A DNA stretch of 64,000 bases, taken from the NCBI GenBank assembly GCA_026400755.1, contig JAPLOM010000026.1, positions 928 to 64,927 on the forward strand, read 5' to 3'. Below are positions 61,387 through 64,000 of the stretch, piece by piece. The position numbers and the translations under genes were made by a program. Under the pieces are notes generated by a model, which did no database searches, was not told the DNA's origin, and saw only the letters and a list, made by a program, of their open reading frames with translations. Within the stretch, counting starts at the first letter, position 1; each line of letters opens with the position of its first letter. This stretch comes from Alphaproteobacteria bacterium. Its GTDB lineage: Bacteria > Pseudomonadota > Alphaproteobacteria > CADEGL01.

Positions 61387-62367
61387 TCAGCCCCAGAGCG
61401 CCGGTTCGGCCGGATGAACCGTACTGCCCTCGTAGCGCAGACCCGCAGCGCGGTCGCGCGCGAGGAGAAGCGGCCCGTCGAGATCGATCACCGCAACGCC
61501 CTGCGCCACCAACACGGCGGGCGCCATCGACAGCGAGGTCGCGATCATGCAGCCGACCATGACGCCGAAACCCTTTTCCTCGGCCACGCGGCGCAGCTTC
61601 AGCGCCTCAGTCAGGCCGCCGGTCTTGTCCAACTTGATGTTGATCATGTCGTAGCGGCCGACCAGTTGGGCGATCGTCGCAGCATCGTGGCAGGATTCGT
61701 CGGCGCAGACGGGAATCGGCCGCTTGAGCGAGGCCAGCGGCGCGTCCGCCTTGGCCGGCAGCGGCTGCTCGATCATGACGACGCCAAGCTCCGCCAGCGC
61801 AGGCGCGAACCGCTCGAACTGTTCGGCCGTCCAAGCCTCGTTGGCATCGACCACGAGGCGCGACTTCGGCGCGTTGGCACGCACGGCGCGCACGCGGTCC
61901 AGATCGCCCTCGCCCGTCACCTTGAGTTTGAGCAGCGGCCGGTGCGCATTCTCCGCCGCCGCGCGACCCATGGCTTCGGGCGCATCAAGCGACAGGGTAT
62001 AGGCCGTGGTGAGCGGTTTTGGCGCGGAAAGGCCCGCAAGTTCGAACACGCGTTTTCCGGCGCGCTTGGCCTCAAGATCCCAGAAGGCGCAATCGACCGC
62101 GTTGCGCGCGGCGCCGGCCGGCAGCGCCGCCTGCAGAGCCTCGCGGTCGAGCCCACCCGCCAGGCGTGCGCGCAGCGATTCGATGTCGGCGATCACACCT
62201 TCGACCGTCTCGCCATAGCGCGGATAGGGCACGCATTCGCCTCGCCCCACATGGCCGTCGCGCGTCAGCTCGACCACCACCACCTCGGTTGCCGTGCGGC
62301 TGCCGCGCGAAATGGCGAAAGTGCCGCGGATCGGCCAGGATTCGCGGCGGACGTCGAGCCCGGTCAT
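61387..62367 (-). CDS. enolase-superfamily dipeptide epimerase / N-acyl-amino-acid racemase (DgcA-like)
   Basis: MR/MLE family motifs (KLKVTGEGDLDRVRAVR...VDANEAW...IEQP); paired with the DUF1611 gene. Confidence 0.8.
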   Translation of the reverse strand: MTGLDVRRESWPIRGTFAISRGSRTATEVVVVELTRDGHVGRGECVPYPRYGETVEGVIADIESLRARLAGGLDREALQAALPAGAARNAVDCAFWDLEAKRAGKRVFELAGLSAPKPLTTAYTLSLDAPEAMGRAAAENAHRPLLKLKVTGEGDLDRVRAVRANAPKSRLVVDANEAWTAEQFERFAPALAELGVVMIEQPLPAKADAPLASLKRPIPVCADESCHDAATIAQLVGRYDMINIKLDKTGGLTEALKLRRVAEEKGFGVMVGCMIATSLSMAPAVLVAQGVAVIDLDGPLLLARDRAAGLRYEGSTVHPAEPALWG

Positions 62368-62371
62368 GCGC

Positions 62372-63370
62372 CTACCAGAGACGGTCGGCGAGCTTGGCGA
62401 CGCCCTGGCGCACCGGATCGACCGTGGGCAGTCCATGGGCTGCCTCGGTCTTCGCGATCTCCTTGAGCGCGTCGGCCTCGGACATCTGCGAGGTGTTGAG
62501 CGCGATGCCGACGAACTTGGCCGCGGGATTGGTCAGGCGCGCGGCGGCCAGATTGGCCTCCATGCATTCCTTGATGCCAGGCAGCTTGAAGTGCGGCAGG
62601 CCGCGCACATGCTGGCGCGTCGGCTCATGGCACATGACCAGCGCGTCCGGCTGCGAGCCATGGATGAGGCCGAGCGTGACTCCCGCATAGGAGGCATGGA
62701 ACAACGAGCCCTGCCCCTCCACCAAATCCCAATGGTCAGGATCGTTAGCCGGCGACAAGCCTTCGACCGCCCCGGATACGAAGTCCGACACGACGGCGTC
62801 GATCGACACACCGCTGCCGGCGATGAAGATGCCGGTCTGGCCGGTCGCGCGGAAATCGGCCTTGCGGCCGCGCTTCTTCAATTCCTTCTCGAGCGCGAGC
62901 GTGGTGTACATCTTGCCCGATGAGACATCGGTGCCGACAGCCAACAGGCGCAGCCCCGCGCGCTTCGCGCCGGTGCCGAGGGGGAAGGGCCGCGTCGGAT
63001 GGCGCACGTCGAAAAGCTGGCGGCCCAGTCGCGCGGCCGTCTCGCGCAGCTTGGGCACCTCGGACAGTTTGTTGTGCAGTCCCGCGGCCAGATCCATGCC
63101 GCGCTCCAGCGCCTCGTTCAAGACCGCGATCCAGGCGTCGGAGATGATGCCACCACGATTGGCCACACCAACGATCAGCGTCTTGACCCCAGCCTTGGCC
63201 GCCTCGGCGACCGTAAGCTCCTTAAGGTCTAGATTCGCGTTGCAGTCGGGCAGCCGCAGCTGACCCACGCACCATTCAGGGCGCCAATAGGCTATGCCCT
63301 GGGCGGTCTTGGCGGCAAGCTGGTCGCGCGCGTCGCCCAGGAACAAAAGATACGGCGTCTGGATTTGCAT
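62372..63370 (-). CDS. DUF1611-family protein (DgcN-like N-acetyltransferase partner of the epimerase)
   Basis: DUF1611 Rossmann-like domain; 4-nt gap to the epimerase gene. Confidence 0.7.
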   Translation of the reverse strand: MQIQTPYLLFLGDARDQLAAKTAQGIAYWRPEWCVGQLRLPDCNANLDLKELTVAEAAKAGVKTLIVGVANRGGIISDAWIAVLNEALERGMDLAAGLHNKLSEVPKLRETAARLGRQLFDVRHPTRPFPLGTGAKRAGLRLLAVGTDVSSGKMYTTLALEKELKKRGRKADFRATGQTGIFIAGSGVSIDAVVSDFVSGAVEGLSPANDPDHWDLVEGQGSLFHASYAGVTLGLIHGSQPDALVMCHEPTRQHVRGLPHFKLPGIKECMEANLAAARLTNPAAKFVGIALNTSQMSEADALKEIAKTEAAHGLPTVDPVRQGVAKLADRLW

Positions 63371-63528
63371 GGCGGGTCCCCTCGGTTGGCCGCCCATGTT
63401 TCCAACAGCGGCCCCGAACCTTCAAGGCCCGGCGCGCGGAATCTCGCGAAAAAACACATTCTTTGCGCGATTGACGCCCGCCATCCGGTGGGTTCTTTAT
63501 CAATCCGTTTGTTGGGAGTTCTCCGTCC

Positions 63529-64000
63529 ATGCGCCCGCGCCACGAACGCATCTCCGTGCTGCTGCGCCGCATCGCGGACGAAGGCCATCCGGAGGATCGG
63601 CTGTCCTTCGCCGACCTGGCGGAAGAGTTGGGCCGCCGGGGCTTTGGCGTCATCCTGTTCATCTGGGTGCTGCCCAACATGATCCCCCTGCCCGGCATCT
63701 CGTCCCTGTTCGGCATGCTGATCGTGATCACGGCCGGTCAGATGATACTGGGCCACAAGCGCCCATGGCTGCCCAAGAAGCTGCTCGCGCGCGGTGTGCG
63801 GCGCGCCGACTTCAAGCGCATGACCGATCGGGTGCTGCCCTCGATTGAACGCTTCGAGCGCTACTGCAAGCCGCGCCTGACCGTGACACCGCAGGGCTTG
63901 GCCGAGCGATTGCTCGGCCTTCTGCTGGTCGTGCTGGGCCTCGTGCTGCTGCTGCCGCTGGTCGGCGCGAACCTGTTGCCCGCCATCGGCGTCGCCATCG
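63529..64000 (+). CDS. ExoD-family exopolysaccharide synthesis membrane protein (5' partial, runs off window)
   Basis: Open frame from ATG 63529 to window end; ExoD motif (FGVILFIWVLPNMIPLPGISSLFGMLIV). Confidence 0.6.
   Translation, partial: MRPRHERISVLLRRIADEGHPEDRLSFADLAEELGRRGFGVILFIWVLPNMIPLPGISSLFGMLIVITAGQMILGHKRPWLPKKLLARGVRRADFKRMTDRVLPSIERFERYCKPRLTVTPQGLAERLLGLLLVVLGLVLLLPLVGANLLPAIGVAI

Overview
High-GC (~68%) alphaproteobacterial chromosomal window, most consistent with Rhodospirillales/Acetobacteraceae. The first ~29 kb is ordinary housekeeping: B12-dependent RNR (nrdJ), ChaC, an MFS transporter, a chorismate mutase-hisC-tyrC aromatic operon, metX-metW, a GST, and a phaR / phaC-phaA-phaB PHA locus. 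It also carries a csoR-copA-DUF305 copper module, an omega-transaminase, an acyl-CoA ligase, a ketopantoate-reductase-like gene and an HcnABC/opine-oxidase-type three-subunit dehydrogenase. From ~29.8 kb onward the window becomes an accessory catabolic mosaic, marked by low-GC segments, a duplicated 5' gene fragment, two 88%-identical GMC oxidoreductases, a truncated LysR, a luciferase-like monooxygenase and REP-like repeats. This part also holds a Rieske oxygenase with tandem class II aldolases, and duplicated GlpD-like/LysR/TauD modules, one copy of which is decaying. No tRNA, rRNA or CRISPR array was recognised. No obvious undescribed defence or other system emerged. The findings I would look at first are: (i) a chimeric ORF joining a K+-channel pore domain, truncated after the TTGYGD filter, to the C-terminal half of a family-III CoA-transferase that itself carries an in-frame TAG; (ii) a ~1.4 kb low-GC islet encoding a rolling-circle (HUH) Rep-like protein, flanked by an AT-rich hairpin and a C10 tract; (iii) a cluster of premature stops and a frameshift across 36-56 kb, namely a TauD-like gene and a LysR gene each with an in-frame TAA, and a GlpD-like paralog with a ~130-bp deletion plus frameshift. 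This cluster suggests ongoing pseudogenisation, or sequencing errors, in a duplicated catabolic island next to the mobile element.
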